Source of the DNA: an uncultured delta proteobacterium
Lineage (GTDB): Bacteria; Desulfobacterota; Binatia; UBA9968
Length of the DNA: 64,000 nucleotides
Direction of reading: 5' to 3'
Assembly: GCA_963745035.1 (NCBI GenBank)
Contig: CAVUVW010000013.1
Span: 736,001 to 800,000, forward strand
Positions 46,056 through 56,230 of the stretch are shown in pieces. The position numbers and the translations under genes were made by a program. The notes beneath the pieces were generated by a model. It was not told where the DNA came from and made no database searches. It saw only the letters and a list, made by a program, of their open reading frames with translations. Position 1 is the stretch's first letter. Every line of letters starts with the position of its first letter.

Positions 46056-46841
46056 ATGAACGTCGCGGCGGCCGTATGGTTATTCCTGTTCCTGCTGCTG
46101 TCGGCGGTTCCGGCGCGCTCGGCCTGCCGCGAGCTCGACGTGGCGCGAAGTTGGACGCGCTCGGCGTATGCCGCTCCAGTTGACGCGACCATCGAATTTT
46201 TCGGCCACAACTTCTTCCAAATCACTTCGACTAAAGGCACCAAAATCATCGCCGACCCCGTTTCTCCCGGATTTTATCCCACGCCCGTTGTCGCGCCGCA
46301 CGCGATCACGGTGGGCCGGGAACATCCGAATCACAACTACGTCGAAATAGCGAAAAACAAGCCGGTCATCCTGCGCGGCCTGACCAATTACGGCGCGGAA
46401 TGGAGCAAAGTCAGCACCACCGTCGGCGATGTGCTGATTTACAGCGTGCCGATTTATCAGCAGCAGTTCGGCAACGCGCTTAAGGGCGCGGCTTTTGTTT
46501 TCGATTTGGGCTCGCTGTGCATCGCCCATCTCGGCGATCTGAGCCACAAGTTGACCGAGGATCAGGTCAAGGCGTTTGGCAAAGTCGACATTGCGATGAT
46601 TCCCATCGGCGGAAGTTTCACCATGCCGCCGGATACGGCGCGGGAAGTCCTGCAGCAGCTAAAACCGAAGATCGCCATCCCGATGCACTATCGGGAGAGC
46701 ACCTATCTTCTCGACATGTTCGTGAAAGGCTACCCGCACAAGTACCTCGGCAAGCACAGCATGACTTTCAGCAAGACGGCCCTGCCTCCGCCTACGCAAA
46801 TTGTCGTGTTTACCCCCTGGGGTATGCGAGACTACAGGTAA
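46056..46841 (+). CDS. Exported metallo-beta-lactamase-fold protein
   Basis: Signal peptide, FFGHNFF, EHPNHN, AHLGDL, IPIGG, IPMHY. Confidence 0.8.
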   Translation: MNVAAAVWLFLFLLLSAVPARSACRELDVARSWTRSAYAAPVDATIEFFGHNFFQITSTKGTKIIADPVSPGFYPTPVVAPHAITVGREHPNHNYVEIAKNKPVILRGLTNYGAEWSKVSTTVGDVLIYSVPIYQQQFGNALKGAAFVFDLGSLCIAHLGDLSHKLTEDQVKAFGKVDIAMIPIGGSFTMPPDTAREVLQQLKPKIAIPMHYRESTYLLDMFVKGYPHKYLGKHSMTFSKTALPPPTQIVVFTPWGMRDYR

Positions 46842-46849
46842 AAAAAGAT

Positions 46850-46933
46850 TGGAGTAATGGAGTGTTGGAGTACTGGAGTGATGGTGATTCGGCAATCCGC
46901 CGGTTCCTCTGCGTACTTTGCGCTCTTTGCGGT
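46850..46933. repeat. 8-nt-period TGGAGTRN array (single arm) followed by a 9-nt-period CT(C/T)TGCG array
   Basis: TGGAGTAA TGGAGTGT TGGAGTAC TGGAGTGA at 46850-46881; CCTCTGCGT ACTTTGCGC TCTTTGCGG at 46905-46931; between convergent genes. Confidence 0.85.
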
Positions 46934-46940
46934 TAATTAA

Positions 46941-47930
46941 TTAAATCTTGAAAGCTTCCACTGTTTCTTTGGCGAACAGCTCATCCAAGTTGAGCCTCTG
47001 TTTGATCAGCCCCTGCTCTAGTAAATAGCCGTGGAGAGTTTCGAGATTCGCGCGATTCGGCTCCAGGCCGTAGGGCCAGTAATCGGCGGTCATGAGATCG
47101 CGCGTGTCTTCGTACTCGGCGGAAGTCCACGGCAGGCTCACCCGCAGGATGTTGGTATCGTAAAGGTCGCGCATGCAGATCTCTTTCGCTTCGCAAAAAG
47201 CTTTGTAAAGCGTCTGCGCCACCCAGGGCTCTTTTTCGTAGATCGCCCGCTTGATGACGAGCACGTGCATGATCGGAAACAGACCGGTTTTCTTGAAATA
47301 ATCCATTTCCGCTTGCCGGTAGTCGGGAAAGAGCCGCTTGACGCGCGGCGAACCCTGGAGAAAACAGGTCGGCATGCGCGGCGACATCATGGCGGCGATC
47401 TCGCCGCTCTCGATCATCGCGTTGAGCGTCGTATCGGGGCGGCTTTCCATACGCACCCCAGCGGGCATTTCAAAGTCGACCCGATCTTTTCGGCCGGGAT
47501 GTTCTTCACCCGCCTGAACCCAATGGATCTCGCTCGGTGAAACGCCGTACTCGTGTTGGAACATGCCGCGCAGCCACACCGCCGCAGTCATCGAGTATTC
47601 CGGCACGCCCATGCGCTTGCCGCGCAGATCTTCCACCCGTTTAACGCCCGCCTCGGTATTGACGAAAATGCAGCGATGGCGAAAGGTGCGCGACGGAAAA
47701 ACCGGAATTGCGACGAACGGCCGCCGGCCGCGCGAAGCCGCGGTGAGGAACGCGCCCATGGACAGCTCCGAGGCATCGAACTCCTCGTATTTCATCATGC
47801 GCCAGAAGATCTCTTCCACCGACATCACCAGATAATTAAGCTCGATGCCTTCCGGCTTGACGATTCCGTCTTTCACAGGACGCGTGCGATCGTAATCCTC
47901 GCACGCGAGGGTCAAGTGTAATTGGCTCAT
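46941..47930 (-). CDS. 4,5-dihydroxyphthalate decarboxylase-like (periplasmic-binding-fold) protein
   Basis: LTLAC.DYDRT, PVFPSRTFRH, GVPEYSMTAAVWLRG, FPIMH, WPYG. Confidence 0.8.
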   Translation of the reverse strand: MSQLHLTLACEDYDRTRPVKDGIVKPEGIELNYLVMSVEEIFWRMMKYEEFDASELSMGAFLTAASRGRRPFVAIPVFPSRTFRHRCIFVNTEAGVKRVEDLRGKRMGVPEYSMTAAVWLRGMFQHEYGVSPSEIHWVQAGEEHPGRKDRVDFEMPAGVRMESRPDTTLNAMIESGEIAAMMSPRMPTCFLQGSPRVKRLFPDYRQAEMDYFKKTGLFPIMHVLVIKRAIYEKEPWVAQTLYKAFCEAKEICMRDLYDTNILRVSLPWTSAEYEDTRDLMTADYWPYGLEPNRANLETLHGYLLEQGLIKQRLNLDELFAKETVEAFKI

Positions 47931-48589
47931 TTCCTTTTCTTTCTAGCAGAATTTTTCTTTTGAGCGTTGCCGACCAAATGAACGAATTGCTTCATTTCTT
48001 TAACAAATTGCTTCTTCCCCTTACCGAGTAGAGCCTGCAGGTAGGCGCTGCCGAGGCAAATGCCAGTCACTCCGACCTGCACATATTCGGCGACGTTCTT
48101 TAGATTCACTCCTCCGGAGACCATGAAACGCGCTTCCGGAAACGGTCCTTGCATCTGCCGAATGAAATGCGGCCCGCCGCACAAATCGGCAGGAAAAATC
48201 TTGATCAGATCCGCATGGGCGCGCTGCGCCGCGATAATTTCCGTCGGCGTCGCTGCACCGGGAAAACACGCGATATCGCCCGTGTGGCAAAGACTGATCA
48301 GATTCAACTCGAGCGAAGGCGATACGATGAATTCGGAGCCGGCCCCGATGGCACGCTCCGCCTGCTGCGGCGCCAGCACCGTCCCGGCGCCGACGTGAAG
48401 ATTCTTTCGCCCCGCCAGTTCCTTGATCACATCGAGCGCGCCCGGCACGCTGAACGTGATCTCGATGAATTTTATACCGCCTTCAGCCGCCGCGTGAGCC
48501 AAAGCCAGAGCATCCTCGGCACTCTTCGAACGAACGACAGCCACTAGCCGCTGCTGGTGAAGCTCTCGTACAAGTTCAACTCGGTTCAC
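47927..48589 (-). CDS. KDPG/KHG aldolase family protein
   Basis: IEIT, VGAGTVL, FIVSP, TPTEI, KIFPA, GGV. Confidence 0.88.
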   Translation of the reverse strand: MNRVELVRELHQQRLVAVVRSKSAEDALALAHAAAEGGIKFIEITFSVPGALDVIKELAGRKNLHVGAGTVLAPQQAERAIGAGSEFIVSPSLELNLISLCHTGDIACFPGAATPTEIIAAQRAHADLIKIFPADLCGGPHFIRQMQGPFPEARFMVSGGVNLKNVAEYVQVGVTGICLGSAYLQALLGKGKKQFVKEMKQFVHLVGNAQKKNSARKKRK

Positions 48590-48607
48590 TGTAAGTTTTG
48601 AATGCGA

Positions 48608-49375
48608 CTAGCTGAGGCTCAGGCCCCCGTCGACGATCAATGTCTGGCCGGTGACGAAGTCGCCGCCGGTGATCAGTCCAAGAATCGCTCCAGCGATATC
48701 CTCGGGGGAGGCGATGCGCTGCATCGGATAACCCGCCGCCGCTTTGGCGATCACCTGTTGATACTCCGCGCCGAAGTGTTGGCTCATCCACGGCGTGTCG
48801 GTGAAAGCTGGGGCGACGCAGTTCACCCGGACCTTAGGCGCCATAGCGACGGCCAAGCCGCGCGTCATGTAGATCAACGCCGCCTTCGCCGTGCCGTAAG
48901 CGAGCGAAGACATCGTGGACGGTGCGAGAACTCCAGAAATCGATGAGACGTTGACGATCATGCCTCCGCTTGCTTCGAGCAGCTTTGCCGCCGCGCGCGC
49001 GCAGCGAAAAGCGCCTTTGACGTTGACGTCCAAGATCTCGTCCCAAATCGCGTCGGTGAGTCCATCGAGATCGGCAAGCTTCACCCAGTGGGTCACGCCG
49101 GCGTTGTTGACGAGAATATCCAAACGGCCGAAGTGCTGGCCGATTTTCTCGATCATCGCTCGCACCTGAGCGTCGCTCTGCACATCAGCCTGTATGGCCA
49201 GGGCTTTCACTCCCGCGCGTTCCAACTCCTTGGCGAGATCATCAGCCTCGCTGGCGGACTTGCGATAGTTGATCGCGACGCCACTGACGCCGGACTTGGC
49301 GAGGCTGCGCACGACGGCGCCGCCGATGCCGCCAGCGCCTCCTGTGACTAATGCTACTCGGCCTTGAAGTTCCAT
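48608..49375 (-). CDS. Short-chain dehydrogenase/reductase
   Basis: TGGAGGIG, NNAG, YGTAK. Confidence 0.93.
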   Translation of the reverse strand: MELQGRVALVTGGAGGIGGAVVRSLAKSGVSGVAINYRKSASEADDLAKELERAGVKALAIQADVQSDAQVRAMIEKIGQHFGRLDILVNNAGVTHWVKLADLDGLTDAIWDEILDVNVKGAFRCARAAAKLLEASGGMIVNVSSISGVLAPSTMSSLAYGTAKAALIYMTRGLAVAMAPKVRVNCVAPAFTDTPWMSQHFGAEYQQVIAKAAAGYPMQRIASPEDIAGAILGLITGGDFVTGQTLIVDGGLSLS

Positions 49376-49416
49376 TTTTTCGCTTTGCTTAAAACTGAGC
49401 TGTCATGAATCGAGAA

Positions 49417-49493
49417 AGATTTCTCGCTCCCCTCGAAATGACAATTCAAAAGAATTCGTACTCATATGTCATCTCGAACGAAGTGAGAGATCT
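49417..49493. repeat. REP-like inverted doublet
   Basis: AGATTTCTCGC..CTCGAAATGACA (49417-49443) faces TGTCATCTCGAA..GTGAGAGATCT (49467-49493). Confidence 0.7.
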
Positions 49494-49510
49494 TTCTTTG
49501 AAACACGGCG

Positions 49511-51253
49511 TTACCGAACTTTGGAATTACCGCTAGTGCTCCGTAGATCTGCCGTTCTGGCATGATCGATCACCCAGTTGTCCGGCAACTTAACCAAGTC
49601 ATCGGCACCACCATGATAGTGAACAGCGACTCCGTAGCGCCGCTCGGCTTCCTCGGCGGTGATGTAATTCTCGATTACATCCCAGCGCACTTTTTCCACG
49701 TCGCGTTTCATCGGATCGCCGTAACCGCCGCCGCCGGGCAAATTGACGTGGACGATCTCGCCTTGGCCAAGATCTTTCAGCGCTTTGGCGTTCAATCTCG
49801 TGCCGTCGCCGAGAGTGACTTCGCCCGTGGCCCCGCTTTGCCCGCCCAATAATCCTGGCGCTGCGTAAGCGGTGCGATCCGCGATCGAGCTCACACTCCA
49901 ACGGCCTTCGCCCCGGCGAGTGAACTCCGTGAGTTGTCCAAGCCCGCCGCGCCACGTGCCGGCGCCGCCTGAGTCCGGCCGCAACTGCCGCCGTTTCATC
50001 ACGACCGGCGAGAGGCTTTCAATAACCTCGGCCGGCACACCCGCGACGCCGCTGGGAAACCCGACTGCGTTCAAGCCGTCCTTGCTTGGGCGTGCGCCGG
50101 TGCCGCCCACTTGAAATACGGTCAATGTAAATGGCGGATTCTGACCGCGCCATACGCTGAGCCATATTGGATCGGCGCCCGGCGCCATCAGGCGTCCAGG
50201 CATCGCGCCGGAGAGCGCTGCGAAAATCGCGCTCGGGATAAAATGGCCGATCACTTGCCGGCTCGCAACGGGCGCAGGATCGAGAGCATTGAGAATACTG
50301 CCCGGCGGCGCGCTCACGTGCACAGGGCGAAAACTGCCCTCGTTATGCGGCACGTCGGGACAGATCGCCGCCTTGATCGCGAAGCTCGCATAGGCGTGGG
50401 TGTAGTTGAGCACAACATTGATGCCGCGCGTGCTCTGCGGCGAAGAGCCGCTGAAGTCAATGAAAATCTCATCGCCGGCGACTTTGACCGCACAGCGCAC
50501 GACAATCGGTTCTTCGAAGCCATCGCTCCATGTTTCGTTGGTCCACTCGCCGCTCGGCAGCTTTTTGATCTCGGCGCGCACCGCCGCCTCCGAGCGCCGA
50601 ATGATTTCCTCGGCTACCGCATCGATCGAGTCCAGCCCGAATTCGTCCATCATTTCCAAAAGCGCCCGGCCGCCGGTTTCGTTGCAGGCGGTCTGCGCGT
50701 AAAAATCGCCGATCACTTCGTCCGGCTGGCGCACGTTGGAGCGGACGATTTGCATCAGAATTTTGTTCGGCTCGCCACGCTCGAACAGCTTCATGATCGG
50801 GATGCGCAGTCCTTCCTCGAAAACCTCGCGCGCCTCAGCGGAAAGTATCCGCCCGCCGATATCGGCGCTGTGACAAGTGTTGGCGAAGAGCGCCACGAGT
50901 TTGCCCTGGCGAAAAATCGGCGTGGTGATCGTGATGTCGTTGATTTGTCCCGCCGTTTGCCACGGATCATTGGTAATCAGAACATCGCCGGGCGCGAGCT
51001 TGTCCGGCGGAAACGCCGCGAGAAAATGCTTCATCGACGTCGCCATGGCGTTGATATGCCCAGGAGTGCCGCTCAGCGATTGCGCGATCATCCTGCCCTT
51101 GGTGTCGAATAAACCGCAGGCGAGGTCCTGACTTTCGCGCACGATCGTGCTGAAAGCGGTGCGGATGAGCGCGTCCTGCTGCTCGTTAGCCACCGACATG
51201 AAGCGGTTCCAAATCACTTCGAGTGTGACCGGATCGATCGCGCTATTTTCCAT
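49511..51253 (-). CDS. Hydantoinase B/oxoprolinase family subunit
   Basis: DPVTLEV, RTAFSTIVRE, ITNDPW, HSADIGG, EEGLRIP, DSGGAG.WRGG, PGGGGYGDP. Confidence 0.92.
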   Translation of the reverse strand: MENSAIDPVTLEVIWNRFMSVANEQQDALIRTAFSTIVRESQDLACGLFDTKGRMIAQSLSGTPGHINAMATSMKHFLAAFPPDKLAPGDVLITNDPWQTAGQINDITITTPIFRQGKLVALFANTCHSADIGGRILSAEAREVFEEGLRIPIMKLFERGEPNKILMQIVRSNVRQPDEVIGDFYAQTACNETGGRALLEMMDEFGLDSIDAVAEEIIRRSEAAVRAEIKKLPSGEWTNETWSDGFEEPIVVRCAVKVAGDEIFIDFSGSSPQSTRGINVVLNYTHAYASFAIKAAICPDVPHNEGSFRPVHVSAPPGSILNALDPAPVASRQVIGHFIPSAIFAALSGAMPGRLMAPGADPIWLSVWRGQNPPFTLTVFQVGGTGARPSKDGLNAVGFPSGVAGVPAEVIESLSPVVMKRRQLRPDSGGAGTWRGGLGQLTEFTRRGEGRWSVSSIADRTAYAAPGLLGGQSGATGEVTLGDGTRLNAKALKDLGQGEIVHVNLPGGGGYGDPMKRDVEKVRWDVIENYITAEEAERRYGVAVHYHGGADDLVKLPDNWVIDHARTADLRSTSGNSKVR

Positions 51254-53321
51254 CGCTCAACTCCACGATAACGTTCAAAGCATTATCCACCCGCGCATGC
51301 CCGCGCCCGCCGATGATCAACGTCGATTCGCGCTCTTCGACAATCGCCGGACCGGCGAACTCCATGCCCGGCTTGAGCGCATAGCGATCGTAGATCATAG
51401 TCTCGACGAAACCTTCACGCTCGGGAAAGTAGGCGAACCGCGAGCCCTTGCGCGCGTCGCTTCGCTCGACGTCGTCGCGCGAGAGATTCAGCTTCCATTC
51501 CGGCCGCGGGCCACTCGCCACCACCCGCCAGTTGATCACTTCCAACGGCACATCCGGTCCTTTGCGCCCATACAACGCGCGATAGGTCTCCTCGAAGGCT
51601 TCTTCGATGCGCGGCAAATGCTGCGCGCTCAATTCGCCATCAGGCAGCGCGACAGAAACTTCATGACCCTGGCCGACGTAGCGCATGTCCGCAGTGCGCC
51701 GATAGACGATCTCGCGCGCCGAGAGTCCCGAGCTTTCCAGGACCTTCCGCCCCTCTTCCGCCATCTCGCTCAAAAGGCCGTTGGCGAACCGCCAATCCAA
51801 CTCATCCAACCTGCTATAGGCGCTGCGCACGAAGTCAAAAGCCAGCGGCGCCGAAAGCAGACCGAACGTCGAGCCAACCCCGGCACCGAATGGCGAAATG
51901 AGCGACGGAAGTCGAAGGATTTCGGCGACCCGATGACCATGCACGGGTCCCGCGCCGCCGAAGGCATACATCGGTAGCCGGCGCGGATCTTTGCCGCGTT
52001 CGCCGAGATGAGCCCGCGCTGCGTTGGCCATGTTCTCGTTGACGATCTGATGAATGCCCCAGGCGACCTGCTCGGCGTTCATCCGCAGCTTTTCACCCAA
52101 ACGACCCAGAGCCTCGCGCGCGCCGTCGACATCGAGCTGCATCTTGCCGCCGAGAAAATAATCCGGATCGAGGTAGCCAAGCACGAGATCCGCGTCGGTG
52201 ACCGTTGGTTCCGTGCCGCCTTGCCGATAGCACACGGGACCAGGAACAGCGCCCGAACTTTCCGGCCCGACTTTCAAAAGCCCGAGAGAATCAACCCGCG
52301 CGATGCTGCCGCCGCCCGCGCCGATCTCGATCATGTCGATGACGGGAATGCGCACCGGCAAGCCGCTGCCCTTGCGGAAGCGATAGACGCGATCGACTTC
52401 GAATTCATGAGTCTTGAGCGGCTGGCCGTCCTCGATCACGCACAGCTTGGCCGTCGTGCCGCCCATGTCGAAAGAAAGCAAGTCACGATGGCCCGAGAGC
52501 ATGCCCGCTTGCGCCGCCGCGAGAGCGCCCGCGGCCGGACCGGATTCGAGTAGACGCACGGGAAACCGTGAAGCCGTGTCGCGCGTCGCGATGCCGCCGC
52601 TGGAAAGCATGACGAAGAAGCTGCCGGCAAATCCGATCTTGTCCAGGCGCGATTGAAGCTGGCCCAAGTAATCGGCGACCCGCTCTTGCACGTAGACATT
52701 CGCCAACGTCGTGCTAGTGCGTTGGAACTCGCGGATTTCGGCGACCACCTCGGAGCTGAGCGAAACGCGAATTTCCGGAGCGACTTCCCCGATGATCTCG
52801 GCGGTGCGTTTTTCATGCGCGGGATTACGAAAGCTGTTGAGATAACAGACGCCGATCGCCTTGATGCCCTTGTCGCGCAACTCGGCGACCAGGCGCCGGA
52901 CGAAGACCTCATCCAACTTTTCGAGCACCGCGCCGTCGGCGGCGACCCGCTCGGGAACGTCGAAGCGCAGATGGCGCGGCACCAGAGGTTTAGGCAAATC
53001 GAGGTTCAGATCGTAAAGCTCGTAACGATGCTCGCGGCCGATTTCCACGGCATCGCGGAAACCCGCCGTCGTGAGCAGCGCCGTCAGCGCGCCTTTGCGC
53101 TCGATCAGCGCATTGGTCACCAGCGTCGTGCCATGAATCAGCGTACCGCGCTCGCCGGATTTCACCGCCCCGTTTTTCAACGCCGGACGCATCGCCTCTT
53201 CCACCGCCAGACTCGGATCGCCGGGGGTGGTAAGCGTTTTGCCGATCATCGCGTTGCCGTCGTCGCCGACCAAAAGCATGTCGGTAAACGTGCCGCCGAT
53301 ATCGATGCCGACGCGATACAT
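51243..53321 (-). CDS. Hydantoinase A/oxoprolinase family subunit
   Basis: GIDIGGTFTD, HGTT, ESGPAAG, DMGGT, IGAGGGSIA, PTVTDA. Confidence 0.93.
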   Translation of the reverse strand: MYRVGIDIGGTFTDMLLVGDDGNAMIGKTLTTPGDPSLAVEEAMRPALKNGAVKSGERGTLIHGTTLVTNALIERKGALTALLTTAGFRDAVEIGREHRYELYDLNLDLPKPLVPRHLRFDVPERVAADGAVLEKLDEVFVRRLVAELRDKGIKAIGVCYLNSFRNPAHEKRTAEIIGEVAPEIRVSLSSEVVAEIREFQRTSTTLANVYVQERVADYLGQLQSRLDKIGFAGSFFVMLSSGGIATRDTASRFPVRLLESGPAAGALAAAQAGMLSGHRDLLSFDMGGTTAKLCVIEDGQPLKTHEFEVDRVYRFRKGSGLPVRIPVIDMIEIGAGGGSIARVDSLGLLKVGPESSGAVPGPVCYRQGGTEPTVTDADLVLGYLDPDYFLGGKMQLDVDGAREALGRLGEKLRMNAEQVAWGIHQIVNENMANAARAHLGERGKDPRRLPMYAFGGAGPVHGHRVAEILRLPSLISPFGAGVGSTFGLLSAPLAFDFVRSAYSRLDELDWRFANGLLSEMAEEGRKVLESSGLSAREIVYRRTADMRYVGQGHEVSVALPDGELSAQHLPRIEEAFEETYRALYGRKGPDVPLEVINWRVVASGPRPEWKLNLSRDDVERSDARKGSRFAYFPEREGFVETMIYDRYALKPGMEFAGPAIVEERESTLIIGGRGHARVDNALNVIVELSDGK

Positions 53322-53336
53322 GTTACTTAGTAAATC

Positions 53337-53404
53337 GAGGATGGAGGATTGAAGATCGAGGATGGAGTGTCTTCGCGATCATTGATCCTCCATCCTCAAT
53401 TCTC
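53337..53404. repeat. 7-nt-period tandem repeat (GAGGATN) in inverted arms
   Basis: GAGGATG GAGGATT GAAGATC GAGGATG versus GATCCTC CATCCTC AATTCTC; same family as 5321-5429. Confidence 0.88.
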
Positions 53405-54431
53405 AAAGCCTCATTGCGCGAATAAGTCCAGCAAGCCTTTGCGTCTGGTGCGCCGCTGCCGGCCGGAGCAGGGGAATTTTGACGCCGGCATCGCGATATT
53501 GCTGCACGCGCTTCTTCACTTCGTCCGGCGTGCCGCTCGCGGTCATGCCTTCGACGTAGGAGTCGGGAATCGCCTTGATCAAGGCTTCCATGCCGCCTTG
53601 CGCATGGGCTTTCTCGAAAAGAGGGATATCTTCCTTGCGGATATACGGCTCGCCGACGCGCATTTTCGGAGCGGCGATGAAGGATATCTGCACCGGATCG
53701 AGCTTGGTCGCGACTTCCCAGCGCACGGCGTCGAGCGCCTTCTTGTGATCGTCTTCGATCGAGCAGTTGATGATCTGCGCCACTTCGAAATTCGAGAAAT
53801 CCCGCCCGGCTTGCTGCGCCGATTCCTTGATGATCTTCAGCGCATTGACCGTATACTCGGGTGAACAGACCGCATTCAGCACCACGCCGTCGCCCACCGC
53901 TCCCGCCAATTTCAAACCGACAGTCGCAGTCGCCGGAACATAGAAAGGAATATTCTTGCGAATCGGCTTCCAGCCCAGCCCGACGTTTTCCAAGTTGATA
54001 AATTTGCCATGATAGGAAATTTTGTCGCCGGTAAAGAGCAGGCGCATCGACTCGATATACTCGCGCAGCACTTCGGTCGGCGTCGCGCCCACGTCCTGCG
54101 GCAAAGCATGCACACGCGCGTGGCTCTTGGTGCAAGCGCCGGGAGCCACCGTCATGCGGCCGCCGGTCAATTCATCAAGAGTCGCCGCGGACTGAGCCAT
54201 CACCACCGGCCCACGCAAACGCACGATCTGGGTTGTGCCCAAAACCATCTGCTTGGTCGCCATTCCGATGGCCGCCAAAGAACTCACCGAGTCTCGCATC
54301 AACTCGACGGTCTCGGAAAAGAAGGCCATCTCGAAGCCGCGCTCCTCCGCTTGCTTCATCACGTCCGCCATCTCCCGGACGTTGGTGAACTTACCGTAGC
54401 CTAACGCATAACCGACCCTCTGCTTTGCCAT
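53403..54431 (-). CDS. LLM-class (luciferase-like) flavin/F420-dependent oxidoreductase
   Basis: AEERGFE, ATLDELTGGR, LAGAVGDG, GTPDEV; true stop may be TGA at 53411 after a 1-nt indel. Confidence 0.85.
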   Translation of the reverse strand: MAKQRVGYALGYGKFTNVREMADVMKQAEERGFEMAFFSETVELMRDSVSSLAAIGMATKQMVLGTTQIVRLRGPVVMAQSAATLDELTGGRMTVAPGACTKSHARVHALPQDVGATPTEVLREYIESMRLLFTGDKISYHGKFINLENVGLGWKPIRKNIPFYVPATATVGLKLAGAVGDGVVLNAVCSPEYTVNALKIIKESAQQAGRDFSNFEVAQIINCSIEDDHKKALDAVRWEVATKLDPVQISFIAAPKMRVGEPYIRKEDIPLFEKAHAQGGMEALIKAIPDSYVEGMTASGTPDEVKKRVQQYRDAGVKIPLLRPAAAHQTQRLAGLIRAMRL

Positions 54432-54549
54432 CCAGTTACTCCTCCCGGCCGATAATAAAGATTCGGCGCTACGCCGAAATAGAAGGTGAGATCATAGTCT
54501 GATTCTTACGTGAAGGCGACCGAAGGGTCAACGCGGGGGAATTGGGAAG

Positions 54550-54631
54550 CGGAGTACTGGAGTGGTGGAGTGATGGAGTACTGGGATCGGATTAACCCAT
54601 CACTCCAAGACTCCAGTACTCCATCACTCCA
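54550..54631. repeat. 8-nt-period tandem repeat (TGGAGTRN) in inverted arms
   Basis: Four units at 54550-54581 versus four inverted units at 54600-54631. Confidence 0.92.
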
Positions 54632-54636
54632 TTCTT

Positions 54637-56160
54637 CTATCGCACTTTCATGTTCCAGCCGTAGATGCGCTCGCTCGGCAGCGGACGGTAATCGACGTTC
54701 TTGGCCAAGCCAAAGAGCAGTTGATGGCGCCACATGAATTGCGCCGGCGCTTCTTCGGTGATGAGGCTCATCGCTTGCGCGAGCAGCTTCTTGCGCTTCG
54801 CCGGATCGAATGCCTGCCGCTCCGCCGATAACAATTCGTCGAGCTTCGGGTTGGAGTAGCCGATGCGCGGCGAAGCGCCGGTTTCGAAATACTGCGCCAG
54901 CGCCGCGCTCGGATCGACCACGCCGCCGCGCCCCATGTAGTAAAAAGGAACTTTGCCCACTTGCACGTTGGCCCAAAGCGTCGCCCACTCCGGGGTGAGC
55001 AGCTTGGTTCGGATGCCGACAGCCGTGAGCATCGGCACCATGGCTTCGGTAATCTGCTTGTCCAAGGTGTAGCGACCAACCGGAGTCTGCAGCTCGACAT
55101 CGACGCCGTTCGGATACCCGGCCTGCTTGAGCAACTCTCGGGCTTTCTCGGGATTGTACGTGTATCTCGGCTGCAGTTTCGGATCGTAAGCGTATTGGCC
55201 CTCGCCGATGGGACCGTCGAGCCGCGACGCTTCCCCTCTGAGCAGAGTCTTGATGATCGTGTCGCGATCGATGGCGTAGCCCACGGCCTGGCGCACGAGC
55301 TTGTTGTCCCAGGGCTTCACCTTCGGCATCATCGCGAGAAACATGATCTCCGCGGTGTGAAACTTGACGATCTTGTGATTGGCGCTTCGTTCAACCCGCT
55401 CGCGCAGATGCGGCGGCACGAATTGCGCGATCTGAATTTCATTGTTCAATAGCGCGGTCACCCGCTGTTCGGGTTCCCGCATGAGCCGGAATACGATTTC
55501 ATCGGGCGCCTGCGGATACTGCTTCCACATCGGATGGCTCTTGTCTTTGCCGATGACGAGCCGCTGCCCGGGAATGAGTTCTCTGAACCTGAACGGGCCG
55601 GCGCCGATGGGATGCTTATCCGCCACCTCCGGGCCGTATTTGTCGTAAACCGCTTTGCTGGTGACGATGACACGATCGAAAAGGTAATCGAGCAAAGGCG
55701 CGGTCGGCTCTTTGGTGGTGATTCGCACGGTGTACTTGTCGACCACGGCCTCACCGGCCACCGCCGAAACGTTCTGGAACTGTTTTGTGTAAGGATCGCT
55801 GCGCGTGCGTTTGAGCGAATGAACCACATCTTCGGCGGTCACCGGCGAGCCGTCGTGAAAGCGATTGTTCTTGCGCAAGTGAAACAGCCAGGTCTTCGGA
55901 TCCTTCACCTCCCACTTTTCCACCAGCAGCCCGACGTGCTGGCTTTTGTCGAAATCGTAGGTGCCGAGACAGCCGAGCACCTGACACCAGATGCTGTACA
56001 TGAGCGAGACGCTGTCGCCGTAGGGATTGAACGTCTCCATCGTTTCGGTGACGCCGATGGAGATGCGGGTCTCGGCGCCATAGGCTCGATGGTCACCCGC
56101 GCTAAGCACAAGCAGAATGAGAACGACGACCCAAGCCACGTTCTTAGTTCTTCGCTTCAT
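54637..56160 (-). CDS. ABC transporter substrate-binding protein, family 5 (DppA/OppA/NikA-like)
   Basis: Signal peptide, FHDGSPVTAEDV, PIGAGPF, VRQAVGYAIDR, YNPEKARELL. Confidence 0.92.
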   Translation of the reverse strand: MKRRTKNVAWVVVLILLVLSAGDHRAYGAETRISIGVTETMETFNPYGDSVSLMYSIWCQVLGCLGTYDFDKSQHVGLLVEKWEVKDPKTWLFHLRKNNRFHDGSPVTAEDVVHSLKRTRSDPYTKQFQNVSAVAGEAVVDKYTVRITTKEPTAPLLDYLFDRVIVTSKAVYDKYGPEVADKHPIGAGPFRFRELIPGQRLVIGKDKSHPMWKQYPQAPDEIVFRLMREPEQRVTALLNNEIQIAQFVPPHLRERVERSANHKIVKFHTAEIMFLAMMPKVKPWDNKLVRQAVGYAIDRDTIIKTLLRGEASRLDGPIGEGQYAYDPKLQPRYTYNPEKARELLKQAGYPNGVDVELQTPVGRYTLDKQITEAMVPMLTAVGIRTKLLTPEWATLWANVQVGKVPFYYMGRGGVVDPSAALAQYFETGASPRIGYSNPKLDELLSAERQAFDPAKRKKLLAQAMSLITEEAPAQFMWRHQLLFGLAKNVDYRPLPSERIYGWNMKVR

Positions 56161-56176
56161 TCTTAACTCCTTTCCA

Positions 56177-56208
56177 TTACTCCAGTACTCCATCACTCCA
56201 ATACTCCA
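56177..56208. repeat. 8-nt-period array (single arm)
   Basis: TTACTCCA GTACTCCA TCACTCCA ATACTCCA. Confidence 0.88.
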
Positions 56209-56230
56209 ACTACCGTGCTGTATCGAGCGA

